Part shown: positions 7,280 to 14,846 of the stretch, piece after piece
Layout of the letters: each line of letters begins with the position of its first letter
How positions within the stretch are numbered: the stretch's first letter is position 1
Source: Deltaproteobacteria bacterium
GTDB lineage: Bacteria; Desulfobacterota; Binatia; UBA12015
NCBI GenBank assembly: GCA_046583355.1
Contig: JAYGCM010000039.1
Location: 1 to 18,258 of the forward strand
Reading direction: 5' to 3'
DNA: 18,258 nt
Notes under the pieces: model-generated
Told to the model about the DNA's origin: nothing
The model's input: only the letters and a program-made list of their open reading frames with translations
Database searches by the model: none
Position numbers and translations under genes: made by a program

Positions 7280-8459
7280 CGGTGGATTCCTTTGTCTGCC
7301 TCGTGCCCTCGCCCTCGGCGAGGGCGCCCTGTCGTTTGCGTACCGTTTCGAGAAGGCCCTTGTCGAGAAACCCTTTCTTCTCGATGAACTCGGGGTAGAT
7401 CGGCAGCCGCGGCCTCAGTTCATAGCCGGCCTCGGCACAGCGGCGCTGCAGCGCCCCCAGATGCGGCCACGGGGCCTCGGGGTTCACGTAATCCGGGGTG
7501 AGCGGTGAGATCCCGCCCAGGTCATTGATCCCGCTCTCGAGCAGGGGGCCGAGCGAGGATGGCTCGGAGAGATTGGGAGGCGCCTGCAGATTCACGTCGG
7601 GGCCCAGCAGCAACCGGGCGACGGCGATCGTGCGCACGAGGTCGGCCTCGTCGGGTTCGGCTGCGTTGGCCATGGGGATTTCAGGCTTGCTGCGGAAATT
7701 CTGCACGATAACTTCCTGAATATGGCCGTGGCGGGCATGCGTCGCGGCGATCGCGAGCAGGGAGTCTACCCGGTCGGCCAGGCTCTCCCCGATGCCGATC
7801 AAAATACCGGTGGTGAAGGGCACCTGCGCATGGCCGGCGTCTTCCAGAACCTGCAAGCGCAGCTGCGGATCCTTGTCTGGTGCATAATAATGGACCTGGC
7901 CTTTTTCGCGCAGGCGCGGGCTGGTCGACTCCAGCATCATGCCGAGGCTCACGTTGAGCGGCTTGAGGAGGGCATAATCGTCCGGCCCCATGATGCCGGG
8001 GTTGGAATGCGGCAGCAATCCGACTTCGAGCGCCACCTCGCAGGCCCGCGCGACGTATTCGATCGTCGAGGCATGGCCTTCTTCGGCCAGCCAGGCCCGG
8101 TAGCGCGGCGAGTTGGCCTCGGGCCGGTCGCCCAGGCACATCAGAGCCTCGATGCAGCCCAGCGCATGTGCGCGCTCGGACCAGCTGCGTATCTCGTCGA
8201 GCTGCATCGTCCAGGCCCCGGCTTCGTCTTCGTCGCGGCGGAAGGTGCAATAGGCACAACGGTCGCGGCAAAGGTTGGTGACCGGGAAGAACGCCTTGGG
8301 CGAGTATGTGATGACGCGTCCCCTGCCGGCTTCGCGCAGCAAGCGGGCATGCGCCAGCAATTGGTCGAACGCAGCGCCCGTCGCACGGAGCGCGGCAATC
8401 GCATCTTCGCGCGAGAGCGGGCTCTGCCAAATGGTTCCAGTGCTCTCGCTTTGCTGCAT
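7263..8459 (-). CDS. cofG: FO synthase subunit CofG (radical SAM)
   Basis: ITYSPK.F.PVT.LCRDRCAYC, LPHSNPG, SLGMMLE, PDKDP, FTTGILIGIGE, HIQEVIVQNF..K, QAPPNL, GINDLGGISP.T.DYVNPE.PWP; start 8459 or 8474. Confidence 0.96.
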   Translation of the reverse strand: MQQSESTGTIWQSPLSREDAIAALRATGAAFDQLLAHARLLREAGRGRVITYSPKAFFPVTNLCRDRCAYCTFRRDEDEAGAWTMQLDEIRSWSERAHALGCIEALMCLGDRPEANSPRYRAWLAEEGHASTIEYVARACEVALEVGLLPHSNPGIMGPDDYALLKPLNVSLGMMLESTSPRLREKGQVHYYAPDKDPQLRLQVLEDAGHAQVPFTTGILIGIGESLADRVDSLLAIAATHARHGHIQEVIVQNFRSKPEIPMANAAEPDEADLVRTIAVARLLLGPDVNLQAPPNLSEPSSLGPLLESGINDLGGISPLTPDYVNPEAPWPHLGALQRRCAEAGYELRPRLPIYPEFIEKKGFLDKGLLETVRKRQGALAEGEGTRQTKESTDEQHG

Positions 8460-8512
8460 TTCCGGCCTGTCCATCCTACTTGTGGCGCTAGTACCATGTT
8501 CGAGTTGAGTCA

Positions 8513-8536
8513 AGGTGCGGCCGTGGCGCCGCACCT
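8513..8536. terminator. 9-bp perfect inverted repeat between the response regulator and cofG
   Basis: AGGTGCGGC-cgtggc-GCCGCACCT; on the minus strand it runs into TTGACT-N17-TAGCGC (possible cof promoter). Confidence 0.4.
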
Positions 8537-8570
8537 GGGGATTCCACACCGCGCCAGGCCTGCGGGGCTC

Positions 8571-10031
8571 TCAGCGGCTGTCGGGAATCTCGAGTTTATC
8601 CATCCGGTATTTGAGAATCCGTCGTGTCGTGCCGAGGAGGTCGGCGGCGCGGGTCTGGTTGAAGTCGGCTTGCTGGAGGGCCTCTTCAATCAGCGTGCGC
8701 TCAAATTCGTCGACCGCCTCGCCGAGCGTCTTTTCGCCCGAGAGGACATCGGTGCGGGCGTTGGCGCCGCCGGGCTGAGGCAGATCCCGACCGAAGGCCG
8801 CGGGTAATTCGTCGGGCTGGATCGGCCCGGGTGCCGAGAAGACCAGCAGGCGCTCGATGAGGTTTTCCAACTCGCGCACGTTGCCGGGCCAGCGGTAGCG
8901 CTTCATCAACTCGATTGTCGCGGGCGCGAAAGTGCGCTCGGCGCAGCCGAGATCGGCAGTCTTGGCTTTGAGGAAATGTTGCATCAAGGACGGCAGATCG
9001 TCGCACCGATCACGCAGCGGCGGCAGTTCCAGCGCGACGACATTGAGGCGGTAGTAGAGGTCACTGCGAAACGAGCCGTCTTCGATCGCCTCTTCGAGTT
9101 TGCGGTTGGTGGCGGCAATGATGCGGACATCGACCGAGACGGGCTTCTGGCCGCCGACGCGCAGGAATTCGCCATTTTCCAATACGCGCAGCAGCTTGGC
9201 CTGCACGGAGGGGAGCAACTCGCCGATTTCGTCGAGGAAGATGGTTCCGTGGTGTGCTGTCTCGAAGAGGCCCAGGCGTTGGCGGTCGGCCCCGGTAAAC
9301 GCGCCGCGCTCGTGGCCGAAGAGTTCACTCTCGACCAGCGTCTCCGGGATGGCGGCACAATTCAGCGCGGTCATGGGCTTGCCGGCTCGGGGGCTCTGGT
9401 GGTGCAGCGCTCGCGCAATCAATTCCTTGCCGGTGCCGCTTTCGCCGAGGATCAAAACAGTGGTGCGCAGAGGCGCGACCATGGATACCTGCTTGAAGAT
9501 GCGCTGCATCGGCTCGGAGCGCCCGATGATATTGCCCAGATGGTAGCGGCGGCCCACCTCCGCACGCAATTCGTCGACCTCGCGTTCGAGTTCGGCGGTG
9601 CGCGTCGCGTTGGCCAGGAGGATGCGCAAATCGTCCATCTCAAAAGGCTTCTGCACATAATCGTAGGCGCCAAGCTTGATCGCGGTGACCGCGGTTTTCA
9701 CCGTGCGGGTCGCCGTAAGCATGATGACCGGCACCTCCGGATACCGGCTGCGCAATCGCTCCAGCGTCTCCAGACCATCAATGCCGGGCAGTACGACGTC
9801 GAGCAGCACCGCGTCGGGACGGTTGCGCTCGGCAAGCGTCAGGGCCTCTTCGCCGGATGCGGCCACCGAGAGCGTGAAGCTATCCTCCAGGATGAGGCGC
9901 AGAGACTCGCGAATGCCGACCTCATCGTCGACGATCAGGATATGCGGGCGTGGCGTGGCCGGTGGAATCGCCTCGGCGACGGCCGGGGGGGGCGTTTCGG
10001 CGGTGATGGGGGCTTTCTCGGTTCCGGGCAA
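8571..10031 (-). CDS. Sigma54-dependent response regulator (NtrC/AtoC family: REC-AAA+-HTH)
   Basis: ILIVDDE, LLDVVLPGIDG, QKP (receiver); GESGTGKE, ESELFGHERGAFTGA, FLDEIGE, WPGNVREL; C-terminal Fis-type HTH; TTG start with AAGGGA upstream. Confidence 0.96.
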   Translation of the reverse strand: MPGTEKAPITAETPPPAVAEAIPPATPRPHILIVDDEVGIRESLRLILEDSFTLSVAASGEEALTLAERNRPDAVLLDVVLPGIDGLETLERLRSRYPEVPVIMLTATRTVKTAVTAIKLGAYDYVQKPFEMDDLRILLANATRTAELEREVDELRAEVGRRYHLGNIIGRSEPMQRIFKQVSMVAPLRTTVLILGESGTGKELIARALHHQSPRAGKPMTALNCAAIPETLVESELFGHERGAFTGADRQRLGLFETAHHGTIFLDEIGELLPSVQAKLLRVLENGEFLRVGGQKPVSVDVRIIAATNRKLEEAIEDGSFRSDLYYRLNVVALELPPLRDRCDDLPSLMQHFLKAKTADLGCAERTFAPATIELMKRYRWPGNVRELENLIERLLVFSAPGPIQPDELPAAFGRDLPQPGGANARTDVLSGEKTLGEAVDEFERTLIEEALQQADFNQTRAADLLGTTRRILKYRMDKLEIPDSR

Positions 10032-10075
10032 TGCGGGTATCCCTTCTGACAGATCCGCAGCTGCTTATGCAGCCA

Positions 10076-11557
10076 TCATTCGTCGGGGAAGCCGAGCAGC
10101 AAGCGGATTTCGGATTCGTTTCGCTCGACGGCAAGGCTCGCACCGACATGGGTCAGAGCGCCTCTTACCAGCAAGAGCGAGAGAGGAAAACTCTCGTCGT
10201 CCGAATGCAATGCCTCGCGCAGGTGGCGTTGGCTCGCGGCCTCGGGGAAGCGCAGTTCCAGGCGCCCCGCGGCAGGTCGGGCGATGGTCAGCGTACCCTG
10301 CGGCTCAACGGCATCTTCGAGATAGCGCGCCAGGGTGCGCAGGGCGAAGGTGAGGTGGGCCGGGCCGAGCCGGCTCGGCAGAGTTTCGTCGGTGGGCCCT
10401 TCCAGGACGACCTGTTTGGCGTCCAGGGTGTCCCAGATATCCCGCAACGCGGCGCGCAAGCAGCCGAATACTTCGACCGAGCGCGGTTCTTCCTCACGCA
10501 ATCGGGCGAAATCGAGGAGTTCGTCGAGGGTCGCATCCATCCGCTCAATGGACTCGTCGGCGAGCGCGCTGAAACGGGCCAGCCTCTCCGGGTCTTCGCC
10601 GAGACGCGCCGCGTTGGCGACAAAGGTTTTGAGGGTTACGAGCGGATTCTTGAGGTTATGGGCCAACTCGATGGCCAGGGCTTCGATATTGCTGCGCGGC
10701 GGCCCCAGGCTGCCATTGGCATGTTGCTCGCTCTGCGCCGTGGCGGCGATGGCGGCCGTGGTGGCGGTGGCGCGGGTGGCCGGCGGGGCCGATTCGGGCG
10801 GTGCGGAGTCGGCCTGCATAGGTGCCACGGGCGCAGGGGCGGCGGGCTCTTCGCGCGGGCTTGCGGCGGGGCCGGTACTCGCCCAGACGAGATCGCGTGC
10901 ATCGATGGGCGCGCCCGGCGCCAGCGCCAGCAGAGTACGCGCGAGGACGCCGTCGAGTTCGGTGTCGCCGCCGCGCCAATCATGTGCGGCCAGGGCCGTC
11001 TGCGCTTGGTCGGAGAGGTCGGGGCGCGTCATGCCGAGGTCGCCCGCCAAGGTCGCCAGGCGCTCGAGCGCAAGCGGGACGACCTGTTCGGGCGCGGCAT
11101 CGAGATTCGGCACTTCCAGATCCACCGTGGCGAGTAGCGCGAGCAGCTCGGGCAGCAGGACACCCCCCAGCTCCGCGACATCGAGTGCGCTGCCGCTGAT
11201 CAGACGCGGGGCACGCAGGTCGAGGTCGTCGAGCAGGTTTTCCTGCGCGCGCAGGTCGAGCATCTCGATGCCATCCAAGGCCAGCGTAGAGCGCCTGCTC
11301 AGGCCTTCGCTCGGTAGCCGGATTCGCGTCGAATCGCGCAGGTCCAGGAGGATAAGGTGGTCTCGTTGGCTTGCCTCGTGAATCGCTGTGGCGATCCGCA
11401 TAAACCAATCTTCCCGCGCGCGGGCGAGCAGGATCGGCATTTCAGTAACCGCGGCGCGCCCGAGAATTCGGCGCGAGGCGGCAGCCAGAGGCCAGCCTTC
11501 GGCGCGGGCACGGGCATTACGCCCAGCGGGAAAGCGGAGGTCGGAGGAGTCATTCAT
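10076..11557 (-). CDS. Hybrid protein: degenerate sigma54-type AAA+ domain, Ala/Pro linker, HisKA (DHp) domain and degenerate HATPase
   Basis: IATAIHEAS, TLALDGIEML...AQENLL, LEVPNL, LAAHDWRGGDTEL align by eye to NtrC AAA+ segments; H-box ELAHNLKNPL; no recognisable N/G1/G2 boxes; start uncertain. Confidence 0.8.
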   Translation of the reverse strand: MNDSSDLRFPAGRNARARAEGWPLAAASRRILGRAAVTEMPILLARAREDWFMRIATAIHEASQRDHLILLDLRDSTRIRLPSEGLSRRSTLALDGIEMLDLRAQENLLDDLDLRAPRLISGSALDVAELGGVLLPELLALLATVDLEVPNLDAAPEQVVPLALERLATLAGDLGMTRPDLSDQAQTALAAHDWRGGDTELDGVLARTLLALAPGAPIDARDLVWASTGPAASPREEPAAPAPVAPMQADSAPPESAPPATRATATTAAIAATAQSEQHANGSLGPPRSNIEALAIELAHNLKNPLVTLKTFVANAARLGEDPERLARFSALADESIERMDATLDELLDFARLREEEPRSVEVFGCLRAALRDIWDTLDAKQVVLEGPTDETLPSRLGPAHLTFALRTLARYLEDAVEPQGTLTIARPAAGRLELRFPEAASQRHLREALHSDDESFPLSLLLVRGALTHVGASLAVERNESEIRLLLGFPDE

Positions 11558-11596
11558 GTGTGTGGGTGGGGGTTAGGAGGGGCAGGCAAATCCGGC

Positions 11597-11932
11597 CTAC
11601 CTCTCTTTTGCCCGTCTGCGCAGGTGCCGCGCAAGACCGAACGTGGTCAGGAGCAAGCCCAATGCCGTGAGGCCGCGGCCGCCGGTCGCGACCACATGGT
11701 AGAAATCCATCCGGCTGCGGGCAATCGCGATCTTCTCGGAGCTCAGTGGTTGGGCTGCGTGCGGCTGGCCCAGCCCGAAGGCCTCCTCTTGATGCCGCGA
11801 GGTCCGGGTCTCCCCGGTAATCCAGTTGCCGAGTCCCATGACCATGAGAAAGAGCCCGGTCACGAGCAACGTGTTCTTGTACCAGGGCAGCCGGGGGCGC
11901 TGCTCTTTGTCTGCACTCTTCACCTGCTTCAT
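11597..11932 (-). CDS. Small hypothetical membrane protein (~111 aa, two predicted TM helices)
   Basis: TLLVTGLFLMVMGLGNWI and GLTALGLLLTTFGLA hydrophobic segments with basic termini; same strand and directly upstream of the hybrid gene; start 11932 or 11956. Confidence 0.7.
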   Translation of the reverse strand: MKQVKSADKEQRPRLPWYKNTLLVTGLFLMVMGLGNWITGETRTSRHQEEAFGLGQPHAAQPLSSEKIAIARSRMDFYHVVATGGRGLTALGLLLTTFGLARHLRRRAKER

Positions 11933-11935
11933 GGA

Positions 11936-11985
11936 TGCAACTCTTTGTTGCAGCATGCAACTCGCGCAACCCACGGTTGCGCAAC
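11936..11985. promoter_or_regulatory. Cluster of GCAAC/GTTGC inverted half-sites (candidate operator/UAS array)
   Basis: TGCAAC-N5-GTTGCA (11936-11952), GTTGCA-N3-TGCAAC (11947-11961), GCGCAACC-N3-GGTTGCGC (11964-11982), GTTGCGCAAC palindrome (11976-11985). Confidence 0.45.
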
Positions 11986-12108
11986 GCCGGGCTTTTGCTG
12001 TCGCGCCTTGGCCCGAAATTGTAGGGCAGACCAAGCTCTGCCCGATGCCTTGCCGCAATGGTCTATATGACATCCCGCCCGCGGCCGGGTCGCGCTAGGT
12101 TCAGCCCC

Positions 12109-13083
12109 ATGATGAAGGGCTTGAACAGAATTCGCGGCAGCAGCAGGGTGATCGGTGAAGTGCGCAATGCGGTCTCGATCTATGCAACCAGCGACGCGAC
12201 CGTACTCATCGACGGCGAGACGGGAACGGGCAAGGAGGTCGTGGCGCGCGCGCTCCATGACGAGGGCGGCCGCGCCAGCGGACCCTTCGTCACAGTAGAT
12301 TGTGGCACCATCCCTGAGTCGCTTTTCGAGAGCGAGATCTTCGGCCATGCGCGCGGTGCCTTCACGGGTGCGGCGCAGGCTCGCCCGGGGTTGGTCGCCG
12401 CTGCCAATCGCGGCACTCTTTTTCTTGACGAGATCGAAAACCTCCCGCTTTCCCAGCAGGGCAAGATTCTGCGCTTGCTGCAGGAGCGCGAGTTTCGCCC
12501 CGTCGGTGCCGAGTATATACGATCGGCGGATGTCCGTGTCGTTGCGGCAACCAACCGCTCGTTGCATACAATGGTAGATGCCGGACAATTCCGCGTTGAC
12601 CTTCTCTTCCGCCTGGAAGTTCTTCGCCTGCGAGTCCCGCCGCTGCGTGAGCGCCTTGAGGATCTCGAGGCGCTTCTCGAATCGTTGGTAGCGCGCGCCG
12701 GAGCGTGTCCCCGTACGGTCTACCTTGCCCCGAGCGATGCGCAGTTTGCGAAGCTGCGGGCCCGCTCCTGGCCCGGCAATGTGCGCGAGCTCGCCAACCT
12801 GGTCGAGCGCGCCGCAGCGCTCGCGCCGGCGCTGGGCTGGGCGGTTGCGTGGCATGCCGCGATTGTCGGAGCACGGCCCGGCGCCCAGCTCTCGCATTTT
12901 CCCGCCGAGTGGGGGATGGGCCGGCTGGTCTCGGAGCGCGAGCAGCGCCAGGTCGCTCGCGTTCGCGATGCGTTGGAGCGCAACCGCTGGCGGCGCGAGG
13001 CGACCGCCCGGGATCTGGGAATCTCCCGCGTCACGCTCTGGCGGCAAATGCGCCGCCTCGGTCTGGAGGCCCGCGCCTCTTGA
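12109..13083 (+). CDS. Stand-alone sigma54 enhancer-binding protein (AAA+-HTH, no N-terminal sensor)
   Basis: Begins almost directly at the AAA+ domain (IRGSS..I); GETGTGKE, ESEIFGHARGAFTGA, FLDEIE, WPGNVREL; HTH TARDLGISRVTLWRQMRRLG. Confidence 0.93.
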   Translation: MMKGLNRIRGSSRVIGEVRNAVSIYATSDATVLIDGETGTGKEVVARALHDEGGRASGPFVTVDCGTIPESLFESEIFGHARGAFTGAAQARPGLVAAANRGTLFLDEIENLPLSQQGKILRLLQEREFRPVGAEYIRSADVRVVAATNRSLHTMVDAGQFRVDLLFRLEVLRLRVPPLRERLEDLEALLESLVARAGACPRTVYLAPSDAQFAKLRARSWPGNVRELANLVERAAALAPALGWAVAWHAAIVGARPGAQLSHFPAEWGMGRLVSEREQRQVARVRDALERNRWRREATARDLGISRVTLWRQMRRLGLEARAS

Positions 13084-13164
13084 GGCGCATGGGACTCCCC
13101 GGGGCTGGGTCGTGTTGCCGAGTGGTTCCCGGACCATCGCGGTGAATGCTAAGGAGCAGGCTCG

Positions 13165-13878
13165 GTGGAGAGCCTCAGATGGAGTTGGCTCGGGCGCGTC
13201 GAATATTCGGTCGCGCGCGAGTTGCAGGAGTCGCTGGCGCGGCAACTCGCCGAGGGCCTCGGCCCGGAGATGCTGCTCTGCCTCGAGCATCCCGCCGTAT
13301 TCACGATGGGGCGGAACCGGTCGGTGTCCGAGGCGGTTCAGGAAACGGCGGCGCGCGCTGGCGTGCCGATTTTGCGCACCGACCGTGGCGGTGACCTGAC
13401 GTGGCATGGGCCGGGGCAATTGGTTCTCTATCCGGTCATGCGCCTGCGTGCGGCAGGACTCGGCGTACGCACTTTTGTCACCGCACTTACCGGTGCGTTG
13501 CAGGATGCGGCGGCGGCGGTTCAGGTGCGCAGCTGGTGCGACCCGCAGCAGCCGGGTCTTTTTGTCGGTGACCGGGACGGGCGTCGCAAGCTGGGTTCGG
13601 TCGGTCTGGCCGTGCGCCGTGGCATTACGCTGCATGGCGCAGCCTTGAACCTCGAGCGCACGGCAGAAGAAGGGTTTCTCGGCCTTGCCCCTTGCGGCCT
13701 GGCCGGCGTGCGTCCGACCAGCCTGGCTGCTGAGGCGCCGGCGAATGTGCCGGCACCGGCATCGGCGCAATGTGCCGCCTTGGTTGCGCAGGCGCTTGCA
13801 GGCAGGTTGAATTACGCAGGTCTCCTGCGCCTATCCGCGACTGAGTTGCTGGGTGGCGCGGCGCGGCATACCCAATGA
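13165..13878 (+). CDS. lipB: Lipoyl(octanoyl) transferase
   Basis: LEHPAVFTMGR, TDRGGDLTWHGPGQLVLYP, RKLGSVG, HGAALN, PCGL. Confidence 0.94.
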   Translation: MESLRWSWLGRVEYSVARELQESLARQLAEGLGPEMLLCLEHPAVFTMGRNRSVSEAVQETAARAGVPILRTDRGGDLTWHGPGQLVLYPVMRLRAAGLGVRTFVTALTGALQDAAAAVQVRSWCDPQQPGLFVGDRDGRRKLGSVGLAVRRGITLHGAALNLERTAEEGFLGLAPCGLAGVRPTSLAAEAPANVPAPASAQCAALVAQALAGRLNYAGLLRLSATELLGGAARHTQ

Positions 13879-14846
13879 GCGATACGATGGATCTCGACGC
13901 GACGATCGAAAAATTCAAGAGCGGCGACCGGCGTGCCCTGGCGCGCTTGATTACGCTGGTCGAGAACCGCGCCCCCGAAGCGCCGCGGGTCATGCGAGCC
14001 CTCTATACGCGCGTCGGGCAGGCCCGCGTGATCGGCATCACCGGCCCTCCGGGAGCCGGCAAATCCACGCTGGTCGACCGCCTCCTCGAGATCTTCCGCG
14101 CCGCCGGCAAGACCGTCGGCGTCGTTGCGGTCGACCCCTCGAGCCCGTTCTCGGGTGGGGCGATTCTGGGTGATCGGGTTCGCATGCAGCAGCATTTTCT
14201 CGATTCAGGGGTCTTTATTCGCAGCCTCTCGACGCGCGGGCGCCACGGTGGCCTGGCTCGGCCGACGCGTGAGATCGTCCACCTTCTGGATGCCTTCGGC
14301 TTTGATATGGTTCTGGTGGAAACCGTCGGGGTCGGTCAGACCGAACTCGATGTGATGCGGCTGGCGCAGACTACCATCGTCGTGTTGGTGCCGGAGGCCG
14401 GCGATACGATTCAGGTCATGAAGGCCGGCCTGCTCGAGATCGCCGACGTCTTCGTGGTGAATAAGGCCGATCGCGAAGGTGCACGTCGTCTCAAGAATGA
14501 GCTCGATACGATGCTGCATATGCGGCCGGAATCCAGTTGGATGGTACCGGTTCTGCTGACCGAGGCGACCAACGGCCGCGGCTTGCCGGATCTCGTGCGC
14601 CACGCCGAAGAGCATGGCGCCCAACAGTCCGAGCCGCGTGCTTCGCGCAGCCGACGCGAGGAATGGCTCGAGGTCATCCGCGAGGAGATCGCCGCCCGGC
14701 TCGCACGGTCACTCGGTGCGCGCGAGACTGAACTTGCCGCCGCCGTGGAGAGTGGTGCGAAGGATCCCTACACAGCCGCGCTCGAAATCCTCGCCGACCC
14801 GCAGCGGGTCGCGAGCCTGGTGGCCGAAGGTGATGAGCACTCGTGA
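13875..14846 (+). CDS. meaB: MeaB/ArgK family GTPase (methylmalonyl-CoA mutase chaperone type)
   Basis: LARLITLVEN, GITGPPGAGKST, DPSSPFSGGAILGDRVRM, ETVGVGQ, KAGLLEIAD.FVVNKAD; ATGA overlap with lipB. Confidence 0.93.
   Translation: MSDTMDLDATIEKFKSGDRRALARLITLVENRAPEAPRVMRALYTRVGQARVIGITGPPGAGKSTLVDRLLEIFRAAGKTVGVVAVDPSSPFSGGAILGDRVRMQQHFLDSGVFIRSLSTRGRHGGLARPTREIVHLLDAFGFDMVLVETVGVGQTELDVMRLAQTTIVVLVPEAGDTIQVMKAGLLEIADVFVVNKADREGARRLKNELDTMLHMRPESSWMVPVLLTEATNGRGLPDLVRHAEEHGAQQSEPRASRSRREEWLEVIREEIAARLARSLGARETELAAAVESGAKDPYTAALEILADPQRVASLVAEGDEHS

Noticed and set aside
10735..10875. GGCGGC/GTGGC-rich quasi-repeat
   Set aside because: Encodes the Ala/Pro/Thr linker of the hybrid protein; no regular repeat unit or spacers
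12010..12023. Sigma54-like TGGCCCGAAATTGTA on the plus strand
   Set aside because: Wrong spacing and GT instead of GC at -12
11929..13770. 613-aa minus-strand ORF
   Set aside because: Antisense shadow of the bEBP and lipB genes; no motifs; long shadow ORFs are expected at high GC
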